Of a stretch of 47,569 nt of DNA, positions 19,751 to 29,022 are shown piece by piece (positions within the stretch are counted from its first letter, which is position 1; each line of letters begins with the position of its first letter). The position numbers and the translations under genes are program-made. The notes under the pieces were generated by a model. The model was not told the DNA's origin. It worked only from the letters and a program-made list of their open reading frames with translations, and did not search any database. The stretch comes from Gammaproteobacteria bacterium (GTDB lineage Bacteria; Pseudomonadota; Gammaproteobacteria; UBA12402): assembly GCA_016930035.1 (NCBI GenBank), contig JAFGHQ010000096.1, positions 1 to 47,569 of the forward strand. Reading direction: 5' to 3'.

Positions 19751-20593
19751 TTAAACAAGGTCTCGGTGGCGGACGGCGACATTTTTACGTTTTTTAGCGA
19801 AATAATCCTTTAATTTTTGAGCTAAATAAACCGAGCGGTGTCGCCCCCCCGTGCACCCGATCGAAATCGTTAAATATTTCCGATTTTCTGCCTCAAAAGC
19901 AGGGAGCCAAATTTCAATGAAATTTTTAAGCATTTCAAACATCGCTTGAACTTGCGGGTAATCGTTCAAATAATCGACAATAGCAGGATCGTTGCCGGGC
20001 AAGTCACGCAGATTTTTTTCCCAATAAGGGTTGGGTAGGCAACGCACATCGAAAGTAAAATCAGTATCAATCGGTAACCCATGTTTGTACCCAAAAGATT
20101 GGAATAGCAAAGAAAGATTAACCCCTTCCTTTTTAAAACGTGTTTTAATTAATTCTCGTAGTTCATGAACGTTAAGCCAAGTCGTGTCAACCTGTAAATC
20201 AGCTTGGTCAATAATAGGTTGTAGTAATTTTTTTTCAGCAGCCAGCGCTTCTTTTAAATGAATGATCTCGCTTGTCAGAGGATGTTTGCGGCGCGTTTCA
20301 CTAAAACGATTGAGTAAAACATTTTCGTCCGCATTCACAAAAACGATTTCATAATCTATGTGATTTTCTTTTAGATAAGAAAGCACGCGTTCGAGATTTT
20401 CTAAATCCCCTGTCAAATTACGTGCGTCAATACTAATGGCAAGGTCTTGATCAAGCGTTTGAAATTTTTGAGCAAGGTCGGGCAATAAATCGAGCGGTAA
20501 ATTATCAACACAGTAATACCCCATGTCTTCTAAGACATTAAGCGTGACACTTTTCCCAGAGCCTGATCGGCCGCTAATAATAATGAGTTTCAT
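19751..20593 (-). CDS. rapZ: RNase adapter RapZ
   Basis: SGRSGSGKS, CVDNLP, SETRRKHP, FDVRCLPNP, GCTGGRHRS. Confidence 0.95.
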   Translation of the reverse strand: MKLIIISGRSGSGKSVTLNVLEDMGYYCVDNLPLDLLPDLAQKFQTLDQDLAISIDARNLTGDLENLERVLSYLKENHIDYEIVFVNADENVLLNRFSETRRKHPLTSEIIHLKEALAAEKKLLQPIIDQADLQVDTTWLNVHELRELIKTRFKKEGVNLSLLFQSFGYKHGLPIDTDFTFDVRCLPNPYWEKNLRDLPGNDPAIVDYLNDYPQVQAMFEMLKNFIEIWLPAFEAENRKYLTISIGCTGGRHRSVYLAQKLKDYFAKKRKNVAVRHRDLV

Positions 20594-20626
20594 AAAAAAG
20601 TTCGAAAGTTCTATCCAGTTTAATTT

Positions 20627-21988
20627 TTAGGGTTTAATCACCACAAATCCAGCACCTTCCCCTCGAAATATATTTAAAAGCAAACCAGTTTTACTCGGTT
20701 TTTCAGCAATTTTTTCTAGCTCTTTGATATTTTTAACGGGTTGCTGATTCGCGGAGACAACAATGTCTCCCGGTCTTAATCCAGCAATCCAAGCAACACT
20801 GTAAGGGTCGACATCTGATATTTTAACACCTTCAACATAACCATGTTTTGGTGATTGTTCCCCTGTGTTTTTCATACTGATACCATTCAAATAAGGGCTC
20901 GTATAAAGCTGTTCTGTAGACACAGGATCCGCTGTCTTGAACGAAAAATCCATGGTTTTATTATTGCGTAAAATCCTCAAATTAACGGATTGCCCTGCAC
21001 GGACGAGGCTAATGGTGTTATGCACATCGCCACTGGTTTGAATGCGTTGCTGATTCAAATAAGTAATGATATCCCCCGTTTTAAGTCCTGCTTTCTCGGC
21101 AGGCGAATTGGGCATAATTTGTGCAATAATGGCTCCTTTCGTATGAGGAATGTTAAACGCATCCGCCAAATCAGGGGTTAATGTTTGAACCAAAACGCCC
21201 ATTAATCCACGGTGTACTTTGCCATACAAGATGATTTGCTGAATGATGCTTTTTACCATATTAGCGGGTATTGCAAATCCAATACCAATATTTCCCCCAT
21301 TCGAAGATAACAAAGCAGTGTTAATCCCTACTAGTTGGCCTTGAATATTCACTAATGCGCCACCTGAATTGCCCATATTGATAGGCGCATCCGTTTGGAT
21401 AAAGTTTTCAACGCTTTCAATCCCTAGCCCCGTTCGGTGTAAACCACTTACAATACCTGAGGTGACTGTTTGATCTAATCCAAATGGGCTACCAATTGCC
21501 GCAACAAAATCACCCACTTCAACGTCATTTGAATTGGCAAAAGGGATGGCTGTTAAATGATCGGCATGAATTTGCAAAACGGCAATATCACTCACATCAT
21601 CAGTCCCGACGGTTTCTGCTTCATAACGGCGACCGTCATTAAGGGTAATCGTTATCGTTTTGGATTGATCAATGACATGAGCATTGGTCACAATGAGCCC
21701 TTGTTTGGCATCAATAATAACCCCCGACCCCACGCTGGTGAAATGCCGCTTCTCAGGGAGGCGACTGCCGCGCATACGTTCCAATTCGCGTCTTAAAAAA
21801 GGATCGGTAATAAAAGAAAATTCACCTTGGCAAACAATATTGACGACAGCAGGCATGGCGTTTTGCAGCATTATGTGCATTTGTTTTTGTACTGAAATGG
21901 GTAACTCAGCTGTAGAGATCAACGGAAAAAGAGATAAAATAAAGAACGCAAAAATAAAGATCGTACAAAAATGAAATAATTTTTTCAT
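20627..21988 (-). CDS. DegP/DegQ (Do family) serine endoprotease
   Basis: TNAHV, IQTDAPINMGNSGG, two PDZ domains, signal peptide. Confidence 0.93.
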   Translation of the reverse strand: MKKLFHFCTIFIFAFFILSLFPLISTAELPISVQKQMHIMLQNAMPAVVNIVCQGEFSFITDPFLRRELERMRGSRLPEKRHFTSVGSGVIIDAKQGLIVTNAHVIDQSKTITITLNDGRRYEAETVGTDDVSDIAVLQIHADHLTAIPFANSNDVEVGDFVAAIGSPFGLDQTVTSGIVSGLHRTGLGIESVENFIQTDAPINMGNSGGALVNIQGQLVGINTALLSSNGGNIGIGFAIPANMVKSIIQQIILYGKVHRGLMGVLVQTLTPDLADAFNIPHTKGAIIAQIMPNSPAEKAGLKTGDIITYLNQQRIQTSGDVHNTISLVRAGQSVNLRILRNNKTMDFSFKTADPVSTEQLYTSPYLNGISMKNTGEQSPKHGYVEGVKISDVDPYSVAWIAGLRPGDIVVSANQQPVKNIKELEKIAEKPSKTGLLLNIFRGEGAGFVVIKP

Positions 21989-22064
21989 ATCGCAGCACCC
22001 AAAAAGTTTTAAAAATGATTGGAAATCATAAGCATCTCAAGGTTTAATTGCAATGAAATAAAAT

Positions 22065-22089
22065 GATGTAACTTTTGGTGTCTGACACC
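22065..22089. repeat. Truncated 37-bp palindrome abutting an RBS
   Basis: gatgtaacttttggtgtctgacacc followed by tgagga. Confidence 0.8.
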
Positions 22090-22103
22090 TGAGGATTTTT
22101 GTC

Positions 22104-22274
22104 ATGGATCCAACGTTTCTTGAAATTTTAGCTTGTCCGATATGTAAAGGTCGACTGCTTTATGATCCCAAAAATAACGAGCTCATTTGTCGGTTCGATA
22201 AACTTGCTTACCCCATCCGCAATGACATTCCTATCATGATTTTCGAAGAAGCCCGCCATATTGACGAAAACTAA
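22104..22274 (+). CDS. Trm112-like (YcaR/UPF0434) protein, 56 aa, absent from the ORF track
   Basis: MDPTFLEILACPICKGRLLYD...LAYPIRNDIPIMIFEEARHIDEN; RBS gagga. Confidence 0.9.
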   Translation: MDPTFLEILACPICKGRLLYDPKNNELICRFDKLAYPIRNDIPIMIFEEARHIDEN

Positions 22275-22300
22275 TAAGGGCGCAGACCTGCGCCCTTTAC
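22275..22300. repeat. GTAG-type palindrome / possible terminator hairpin
   Basis: taagggcgcagacctgcgccctttac. Confidence 0.6.
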
Positions 22301-22346
22301 TTTTGATGTCTTATCAAATCCAGCACGACGACATAAATGAATCTCA

Positions 22347-23717
22347 TTATTTCGATAATTGAACCGCTAGGCCTAAATAATTTTTAGGTGTGAGGTTTTT
22401 GAGTTCAAGTTTAACGGGCTTTGGTAGATCGAGCTGGTCAATAAATTGATGCAGCATTTGCTGCGTGATTTTTTTGCCGCGTGTAAAGGTTTTGAGCTTT
22501 TCATAAGCTTGTTCGATGCCATGTTTTCGCATTACCGTTTGAATGGGTTCTGCTAGAATTTCCCAGTGGTCGTTTAGGTCTTTTGAAATGCACTCTAAAT
22601 TTGGCGTGAGTTGGTTTAATCCTTTTTCTATGGATTGATAGCTTAAAATGCTGTGGGCAAAAGCTACTCCCACGTTACGTAAAACCGTTGAGTCAGATAG
22701 GTCGCGTTGAAAGCGCGAGATCGGGAGTTTATTAGCAAAATGTTGGAATAGGGCATTGCTTAATCCGAGATTGCCTTCAGCATTTTCAAAGTGAATCGGA
22801 TTAATTTTATGCGGCATCGTGGACGAGCCGACGGTTTTTTTGTCTACTTTTTGATCAAAATAATTCAATGAAATGTATCCCCAAATATCACGGCAAAAAT
22901 CGATCAAAATCGTATTAAACCGCATCATGGCGTGCGAAAGCTCAGCAATATCATCATGCGGCGCGATCTGAGTTGTGTGCGAGCTAAAATTTAGTCCCAA
23001 TCGTTCAATAAATTTTTGATTGATTTTATCCCAAGCAATATTGGGATAAGCCGCCACATGAGCATTATAATTCCCCACGGCGCCATTAAATTTGGCCATG
23101 ATATGGATTGCTTCAATTTGTTCTTTTTGACGATTCAGTCGATGCACAAAATTGGCGAATTCTTTCCCGAGCGTTGTGGGAGTTGCTGGTTGGCCATGCG
23201 TTCTTGAAAGCATAGAAATTTGAGCAAATTGTTTGGCTAATTTTTGAATCAACGCAATAAGTGAACTGATGTTTTTTAATAAAATGTCTTTTCGAAAGTC
23301 ATTCAAAATTAACGCATAAGCGGTGTTATTAATATCTTCTGAAGTGCACGCGAAATGCACAAATTCTGTAGGGACAGGTCGCGACCTGTCCTGGGTGTTT
23401 TTTTGTAGAACCTCTTTCAAAAAATATTCAACAGCTTTGACATCGTGATGAGTCGTTTTCTCGATTGCTTTAATTTTTTTCGCTTCATTGATGGAAAAAT
23501 GTTGAATCCAATTGTCTAAAAATTGATTGGTTTTAGCATCGAGCTTGGGTAGTTCTTTGATATCGGAAAGATTCGCCAAAAATTGCAACCAGCGGATTTC
23601 GACTAATAATCGGTATTTGATCAATGAGCATTCGCTAAAAAAGCGACGCAAATCTTTTAAAACATCGCCATAACGCCCATCAATGGGGGAAATAGCAGAA
23701 AGCATATTGAGTTCCAT
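22347..23717 (-). CDS. purB: Adenylosuccinate lyase
   Basis: SPIDGRY, HDVKAVEY, HFACTSEDIN, RTHGQPA, GSSTMPHKINP, QRDLSDS. Confidence 0.97.
   Translation of the reverse strand: MELNMLSAISPIDGRYGDVLKDLRRFFSECSLIKYRLLVEIRWLQFLANLSDIKELPKLDAKTNQFLDNWIQHFSINEAKKIKAIEKTTHHDVKAVEYFLKEVLQKNTQDRSRPVPTEFVHFACTSEDINNTAYALILNDFRKDILLKNISSLIALIQKLAKQFAQISMLSRTHGQPATPTTLGKEFANFVHRLNRQKEQIEAIHIMAKFNGAVGNYNAHVAAYPNIAWDKINQKFIERLGLNFSSHTTQIAPHDDIAELSHAMMRFNTILIDFCRDIWGYISLNYFDQKVDKKTVGSSTMPHKINPIHFENAEGNLGLSNALFQHFANKLPISRFQRDLSDSTVLRNVGVAFAHSILSYQSIEKGLNQLTPNLECISKDLNDHWEILAEPIQTVMRKHGIEQAYEKLKTFTRGKKITQQMLHQFIDQLDLPKPVKLELKNLTPKNYLGLAVQLSK
23368..23391. repeat. GTAG-type palindrome in frame inside purB
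   Basis: gtagggacaggtcgcgacctgtcc (20-bp perfect palindrome), read on minus as QDRSRPVPT. Confidence 0.9.
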
Positions 23718-23831
23718 AAGGTTCCTCTTACATATCAATACATTTTACGGAAATTGCAAAACAAGTAAAGCCCTTATCCAAAACCGCCCCCGAGATTCTC
23801 ATTTTATTTGTGCAATAATTCAGCTAACATT

Positions 23832-23868
23832 GATGTAACCTTTGGTGTCAGACACCATTTGTTACATC
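23832..23868. repeat. 37-bp palindrome
   Basis: gatgtaacctttggtgtcagacaccatttgttacatc. Confidence 0.9.
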
Positions 23869-23902
23869 AACTCTGATTGAATCATTTATGGCGATAGGAC
23901 CC

Positions 23903-24519
23903 ATGACAGATAAAAATAATCAAAAGCAAAAAGGCGAGATTGTTATTTATAAATCTCCTGATGGATCAGAGATCCAAGTAAGACTTAACGAAGAATCTGT
24001 TTGGTTGGATGCGCATTTGATAGCAAAAATTTTTGGCGTTCAGCGCCCGGCTGTTGTAAAGCATATTCATAATATTTACAAAACCAGCGAATTAGACGAA
24101 AAATTAACCTGTTCCATTTTGGAACAAGTTGCCAAGGATGAAAAAAACAGAAAAATGAATTTATATAATTTAGATGTGATTATTTCTGTCGGTTACCGTG
24201 TTAATTCTCAAAAGGCTACGCAGTTTCGTATTTGGGCCACTAAAATTTTAAAGCAATACCTGGTCAAAGGGTACGCTGTTAATGAAGAACGGCTTTTGGA
24301 GGCCGGAAACAGGCTCAATGAATTACAAGAAGCCATTCTATTTTTACAGAAACAATCTCAAAAAGCATTGTTGAAAAGACAGGAAATAGAAATTCTAAAT
24401 TTATTGGGTGATTACTCCAAGACACTTTCATTGCTTGAGACACTTTGTTGATAGCAGGAAGTGATCCAAAGGATAAGGAAATCATGGTGAAAATCATAAA
24501 AAATTTGCTTATAGAATAG
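23903..24519 (+). pseudogene. RhuM-family (RhuM-Fic type) gene with apparent internal deletion and frameshift
   Basis: YNLDVIISVGYRVNSQKATQFRIWAT RhuM motif; stop at 24451; out-of-frame tail TLLIAGSDPKDKEIMVKIIKNLLIE* ends at 24519. Confidence 0.7.
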
Positions 24520-24555
24520 ATGCAACTTTTGGTGTCAGACACCAAAGGTTACATC
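24519..24555. repeat. 37-bp palindrome
   Basis: gatgcaacttttggtgtcagacaccaaaggttacatc. Confidence 0.9.
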
Positions 24556-24578
24556 AAAACAATCCGAGGAGGGGTATC

Positions 24579-25148
24579 ATGATTAGTTCGCGTGAAATTC
24601 AAAACATGCAAAAGAATATGGTATGTTTGCATACACAACAAGAAGTTGAGGTAGCTATTGATCGGGTGGCTGAAGCCATGAATCAAACTTTTTCAGCCGA
24701 TGATTTGCCAATTTTTCTTTGCACGATGAATGGCGCAGTCATTTTTATGGGGCAATTACTTCCGCGCCTTCGTTTTCCCCTGCAAATTGATTATGTGCAT
24801 ACAGCTCGCTATTACGGAACCATGCATGCGGGTGATTTACATTGGATCGCCAAGCCTACAACCAGTCTGCAAGACCGCATTATCGTGATTGTAGAAGATA
24901 TTATTGATTCCGGTATCACATTAGCTCGAGTTATTGATTATTGTGAGCAGCAAGGGGCAAAGAAAATTTACACGGCGGCGCTTGTTGACAAAGAACACGA
25001 GCGCTCTGAGAATGGGATCGAAACGGTTGATTTCGCAGGCCTTCATGTTGAGGATAAATTTTTACTGGGTTATGGCCTTGATTATCAAGGATTTTTTCGT
25101 AATTTGCCCGGTATTTATGCAGTTCAAAAGCCAGAGGGCAGAGAATAG
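24579..25148 (+). CDS. hpt: Hypoxanthine-guanine phosphoribosyltransferase
   Basis: PRPP motif VIVEDIIDSGITL, FLLGYGLDY, RNLPGIY. Confidence 0.9.
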   Translation: MISSREIQNMQKNMVCLHTQQEVEVAIDRVAEAMNQTFSADDLPIFLCTMNGAVIFMGQLLPRLRFPLQIDYVHTARYYGTMHAGDLHWIAKPTTSLQDRIIVIVEDIIDSGITLARVIDYCEQQGAKKIYTAALVDKEHERSENGIETVDFAGLHVEDKFLLGYGLDYQGFFRNLPGIYAVQKPEGRE

Positions 25149-25289
25149 AAAATGGAAAAAGCATAACTGACATGATGCTCAATTTTATTCCATCCCTTTA
25201 CAACAATAAAATGGTTGATAAAAAAGTTATGTATATATATTATGCATATATAGGATTTTTAAAGAAGCACTCATTAAAGAGGAATTAAA

Positions 25290-25541
25290 ATGATGCACAG
25301 AACTACTATTATGCTTCCTGATGAAACAAAACGTGAAGCAATACGATTAGCCCATTATGAGGGTATCTCCTTGGGTCAACTTATTAGAAAATTACTTAAT
25401 ATCCGTATTAAACAGGTACAACATTCCGCGTCAAACGTTTCACAGGATCCTTTTTTTGCGGATCAGAATTATTTTTCAGGGGAGGCTCCTTCAAATCTCT
25501 CCGTCCAACACGACGACTATTTGTATGGAGCATTAGAATGA
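25290..25541 (+). CDS. RHH/CopG-like antitoxin
   Basis: MHRTTIML..GISLGQLIR, C-terminal SVQHDDYLY; overlaps the PIN gene. Confidence 0.75.
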   Translation: MMHRTTIMLPDETKREAIRLAHYEGISLGQLIRKLLNIRIKQVQHSASNVSQDPFFADQNYFSGEAPSNLSVQHDDYLYGALE

Positions 25542-25936
25542 TTTTTATTGATACAAGTGCATTTATTGCACGGTATATAGAAAAAGATCTATACCATGCA
25601 ATCGCATTAGAAAAATGGGGAAAAATAGCCAAAATAAATGGTAAAATTTTCACCAGTAATTTTGTATTAGATGAAATGTTCACATTATTAGCTAGAAAAG
25701 TAAGTTATCAATTTGCAGCTGAGAAAGCGGATTTTATCTATTCTTCTCATCGATTAGTAATTTTACGACCTACTTTAACAGATGAATTATTAGCAGTGCG
25801 TTTATTTAAAAAATATGCGGATCAAAAAGTGAGTTTTACTGATTGTGTTACTTTTTCGTTGATGCGGCAGCAACATCTTAAAAAGATTTTTGCTTTTGAC
25901 AGACATTTTAGTTTGGCAGGTTTTGTGTATTATTGA
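25538..25936 (+). CDS. vapC: VapC-like PIN-domain toxin
   Basis: IFIDTSAF, TSNFVLDE, SFTDC, FAFDRHF. Confidence 0.88.
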   Translation: MIFIDTSAFIARYIEKDLYHAIALEKWGKIAKINGKIFTSNFVLDEMFTLLARKVSYQFAAEKADFIYSSHRLVILRPTLTDELLAVRLFKKYADQKVSFTDCVTFSLMRQQHLKKIFAFDRHFSLAGFVYY

Positions 25937-25953
25937 CTATTAAGGAGAAAACA

Positions 25954-26277
25954 ATGATGACTTTGATTAAAAAACAAATACGAAAGCTTTCAAATGGCTT
26001 TTTTTATGTGGTTTTTTTAAGTTTAATAATGCTGACTCAGGCTTATGCAGCCGAAACAGGGCTTCCTTGGGAAGGTCCGCTGGAGAAGATTTTAGCGTCG
26101 CTCACTGGACCTGTAGCCAAAGTTTTAGGTGTCGTGGCGATTGTCATTGCGGGTTTTGGGATTGCGTTTGGTGAGGCAGGCAGCGGTATGCGCCGTCTGT
26201 TTCAAGTCATTTTAGGCTTGTCTATTGCATTTACCGCCACCACATTATTAGTTACTTTGTTTGGATTTACAGGGTAG
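25954..26277 (+). CDS. trbC: TrbC/VirB2 pilin
   Basis: LPWEGPLEKILASLTGPVA; RBS aaggag before ATG 25954. Confidence 0.88.
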   Translation: MMTLIKKQIRKLSNGFFYVVFLSLIMLTQAYAAETGLPWEGPLEKILASLTGPVAKVLGVVAIVIAGFGIAFGEAGSGMRRLFQVILGLSIAFTATTLLVTLFGFTG

Positions 26278-26281
26278 TACT

Positions 26282-26536
26282 ATGCCGACACCAGGATACC
26301 GCATCACCTTACATAATTCGTTAACGACCCCAATTTTGTTAGGTGGGGCGCCGAGACGTTTTGCTATTTTAAATGGCACTATCTGTGCAGCATTTGTATT
26401 GGGCTTGCAGTTATTTTATCTGCTCCCTGTTTTTATCGTGATCCATATTGTTGCCGTGATACTTGCTAAACGTGACCCTTATTTTTTTGAAGTGGTGTTG
26501 CGTCATCTACGCCAGAAGAAATATTACGAGGTATAG
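26282..26536 (+). CDS. trbD: TrbD/VirB3
   Basis: LHNSLTTPILLGGAPR, AKRDPYFFEV. Confidence 0.88.
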   Translation: MPTPGYRITLHNSLTTPILLGGAPRRFAILNGTICAAFVLGLQLFYLLPVFIVIHIVAVILAKRDPYFFEVVLRHLRQKKYYEV

Positions 26537-26545
26537 GATAATTGA

Positions 26546-26571
26546 AAGGGAAGCATATATGCGCCCCGTAC
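26546..26571. repeat. GTAG-type palindrome between trbD and trbE
   Basis: Minus strand gtacggggcgcatatatgcttccctt. Confidence 0.55.
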
Positions 26572-26604
26572 AATACTAATCTGCATTATTATCATTTAAG
26601 ATTT

Positions 26605-29022
26605 ATGCTAAATCTAACAGAATTTCGAACAAAACCAAATCGTTTGAGTGATTTACTTCCTTGGGCTGCATTAATTGCATCGGGGATTGTGTTAAACAAG
26701 GATGGTTCATTTCAGCGTACTTTACGATTTCGGGGACCTGATTTGGAATCGGAAACAGAAGCACAGTTGGTATCAGCCACTGCAAGGCTTAACAATGCAC
26801 TTCGACGTTTTGGTTCGGGTTGGGCGCTTTACATCGAAGCTAAGCGCGAACCTTATTTGGCTTATCCTGAAAAAAATTATTTTAAAGATCCGGTGAGTTT
26901 ATTAGTGGATGCAGAGCGACATGAACAATTCGAACATTTAGGTGAAAGTTTTGAATCCAAATATTATTGCACCATTCAGTTTTTACCCCCGGCTGAAACT
27001 TCTTCCCAACTCAGCAAATTTTTGATTGCTAAACGTCCTAAGGAGAATTCAGAAAACATCCCACAGAAATCGAATAATTATGATAAAAGTTTAGAGTTGT
27101 TTATTGCTAGTACTCAGCGTTTTTGCGACATTTTAAAAGATTTCATGTTTGAGGTGGAATTTTTAGATGATGAACAAACACTCACCTATCTTCATTCCAC
27201 TATTTCCCCCAAATGTCATGCCATTACACCGCCTGAAACCCCGATGTATCTCGATGCATTTTTAGCAGATGCCCCATTACTGACGGGTTTGGCGCCAAAG
27301 CTTGGAGACTACCATTTACGGGTTGTGTCTGTGTTAAGCTTTCCTGCTTCCACTGTTCCAGCCTTATTGAATCAGCTAAACCAACTGCCGATGAGCTACC
27401 GATGGGTGACTCGTTTTATTCCACTCGATAAGCAGGACGCAGAAACGCAATTGAAGCGTTATAAACGGCGTTGGTTTGCGAAAAGAAAAGGCGTGTTAAA
27501 TTTATTACAGGAAGTTTTTACAAAAACCGAAAGTCAGTTGTTAGATACAGCCTCTGTAGAAAAAGCTCGTGATGCAGATGAAGCATTACGTATTTTAGGT
27601 AATGATTATGTATCGTTTGGTTATTATACAACCACCATTACTGTTATAGATAAAGATAGTGATCATGCGGATGAAATGCTTCGCGAGACGGAACGTGTGA
27701 TTAATGGTTTAGGTTTTACAACGATTGCAGAAACGTTTAACGCCGTGGAAGCTTGGCTTTCTTCGTTGCCAGGCCATGCCTATGCCAATGTTCGAGCGCC
27801 ACTATTACATAGCCTTAATTTAGCTCATTTGATGCCTTTCTCAGCCATTTGGCCCGGGCAGAGTCGCGATGAACATCTTAATGCCCCGCCTTTAATGTAT
27901 GTACAAAGTCAAGGAAGAACCCCGTTTCGTCTCGTGAATCATATTGGGGATGTAGGGCATCAAATGATTATCGGCCCGACAGGCGCAGGAAAATCTGTGC
28001 TACTTTGTATGATGGCCCTGCAATTTCGACGCTATCAAAATGCCCAAGTTTTTATATTTGATAAGGGGGGTAGTTTTCTTGCTGCCACTTACGGTGTGGG
28101 TGGGGGTTATTATGAATTAGGAAGAGAAGGTAGCGATTTGGTGTTCCAACCACTCGCGCTTATTGATGAGGAATCGGAGCGTATTTGGGCTTCAGAGTGG
28201 TTGCAATCATTGTTTATGAATGAACAACTCACCATCACGCCCGAAATTAAACAGGCTATTTGGGATGCATTGACCGGTTTGTCGGAAATGCCCAAACATC
28301 AACGCACATTAACAGGACTCAAAGCTTTAATTCAGCAAAAACAGCTTCGAGAGGCTTTATCCACTTATACTTTAGATGGGCCTTTTGGGCATTTGCTAGA
28401 TGCTGATCATGAAGCGGTTTGTGATGAAGATTGGCAGTGTTACGAAATAGAGGCACTCATGGGGATGCCAACGGTTGTTGCGCCGCTTCTTACTTATTTA
28501 TTTCATCGTTTGGAAAAACGTTTCACAGGGGCACCTACTTTATTAATTTTAGATGAAGCTTGGTTGTTTTTGGATTATCCTTTGTTTGCTGATAAAATTC
28601 GCGACTGGTTAAAAAGTTTGCGTAAACGTAATGTGAGTGTGGTTTTTGCGACGCAATCGGTTGAAGATGCATTGTCTTCTCGTATTTCCGCAGCGCTTTT
28701 GGAAGCTTGTCCTTCTCGGATTCTACTTCCTAATGATCGGGTACTGGAGCCAAAAATTCGATCTTCCTATGAGCAGCTCGGTCTGAATGAGAGACAGTTG
28801 CAAATTTTGTCAACAGCGGCGCCCAAAAGGCAATATTACTATCAATCCCGTTTAGGAAATCGCTTATTTGATTTAGAGTTGGGCCCTATTGCCCTCGCAT
28901 TTTGTGCCGCCAGCACCAAAGATGATCAAAAATTAATCAAAGGCTTGATCAAAAAACATGGGATAAATAATTTTTTAAAAGCATATCTTGAGACAAAAGA
29001 TTTAGGTTGGGCCATTGAATGA
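26605..29022 (+). CDS. trbE: TrbE/VirB4 ATPase
   Basis: MLNLTEFR..LSDLLPWA, GPTGAGKS, IFDKGGS, LDEAW, FATQS. Confidence 0.93.
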   Translation: MLNLTEFRTKPNRLSDLLPWAALIASGIVLNKDGSFQRTLRFRGPDLESETEAQLVSATARLNNALRRFGSGWALYIEAKREPYLAYPEKNYFKDPVSLLVDAERHEQFEHLGESFESKYYCTIQFLPPAETSSQLSKFLIAKRPKENSENIPQKSNNYDKSLELFIASTQRFCDILKDFMFEVEFLDDEQTLTYLHSTISPKCHAITPPETPMYLDAFLADAPLLTGLAPKLGDYHLRVVSVLSFPASTVPALLNQLNQLPMSYRWVTRFIPLDKQDAETQLKRYKRRWFAKRKGVLNLLQEVFTKTESQLLDTASVEKARDADEALRILGNDYVSFGYYTTTITVIDKDSDHADEMLRETERVINGLGFTTIAETFNAVEAWLSSLPGHAYANVRAPLLHSLNLAHLMPFSAIWPGQSRDEHLNAPPLMYVQSQGRTPFRLVNHIGDVGHQMIIGPTGAGKSVLLCMMALQFRRYQNAQVFIFDKGGSFLAATYGVGGGYYELGREGSDLVFQPLALIDEESERIWASEWLQSLFMNEQLTITPEIKQAIWDALTGLSEMPKHQRTLTGLKALIQQKQLREALSTYTLDGPFGHLLDADHEAVCDEDWQCYEIEALMGMPTVVAPLLTYLFHRLEKRFTGAPTLLILDEAWLFLDYPLFADKIRDWLKSLRKRNVSVVFATQSVEDALSSRISAALLEACPSRILLPNDRVLEPKIRSSYEQLGLNERQLQILSTAAPKRQYYYQSRLGNRLFDLELGPIALAFCAASTKDDQKLIKGLIKKHGINNFLKAYLETKDLGWAIE

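Noticed and set aside
8952-24555. 37-bp palindromes as CRISPR repeats or integron attC sites
   Set aside because: Copies are dispersed kilobases apart and occur inside genes; they are too short for attC, lack its extrahelical-base architecture, and no intI is present
9088-26604. Extended N-termini in the ORF track for clpS, mnmA, the PurB-like gene and trbE
   Set aside because: The extensions begin in or run through repeat elements; downstream ATGs match family starts
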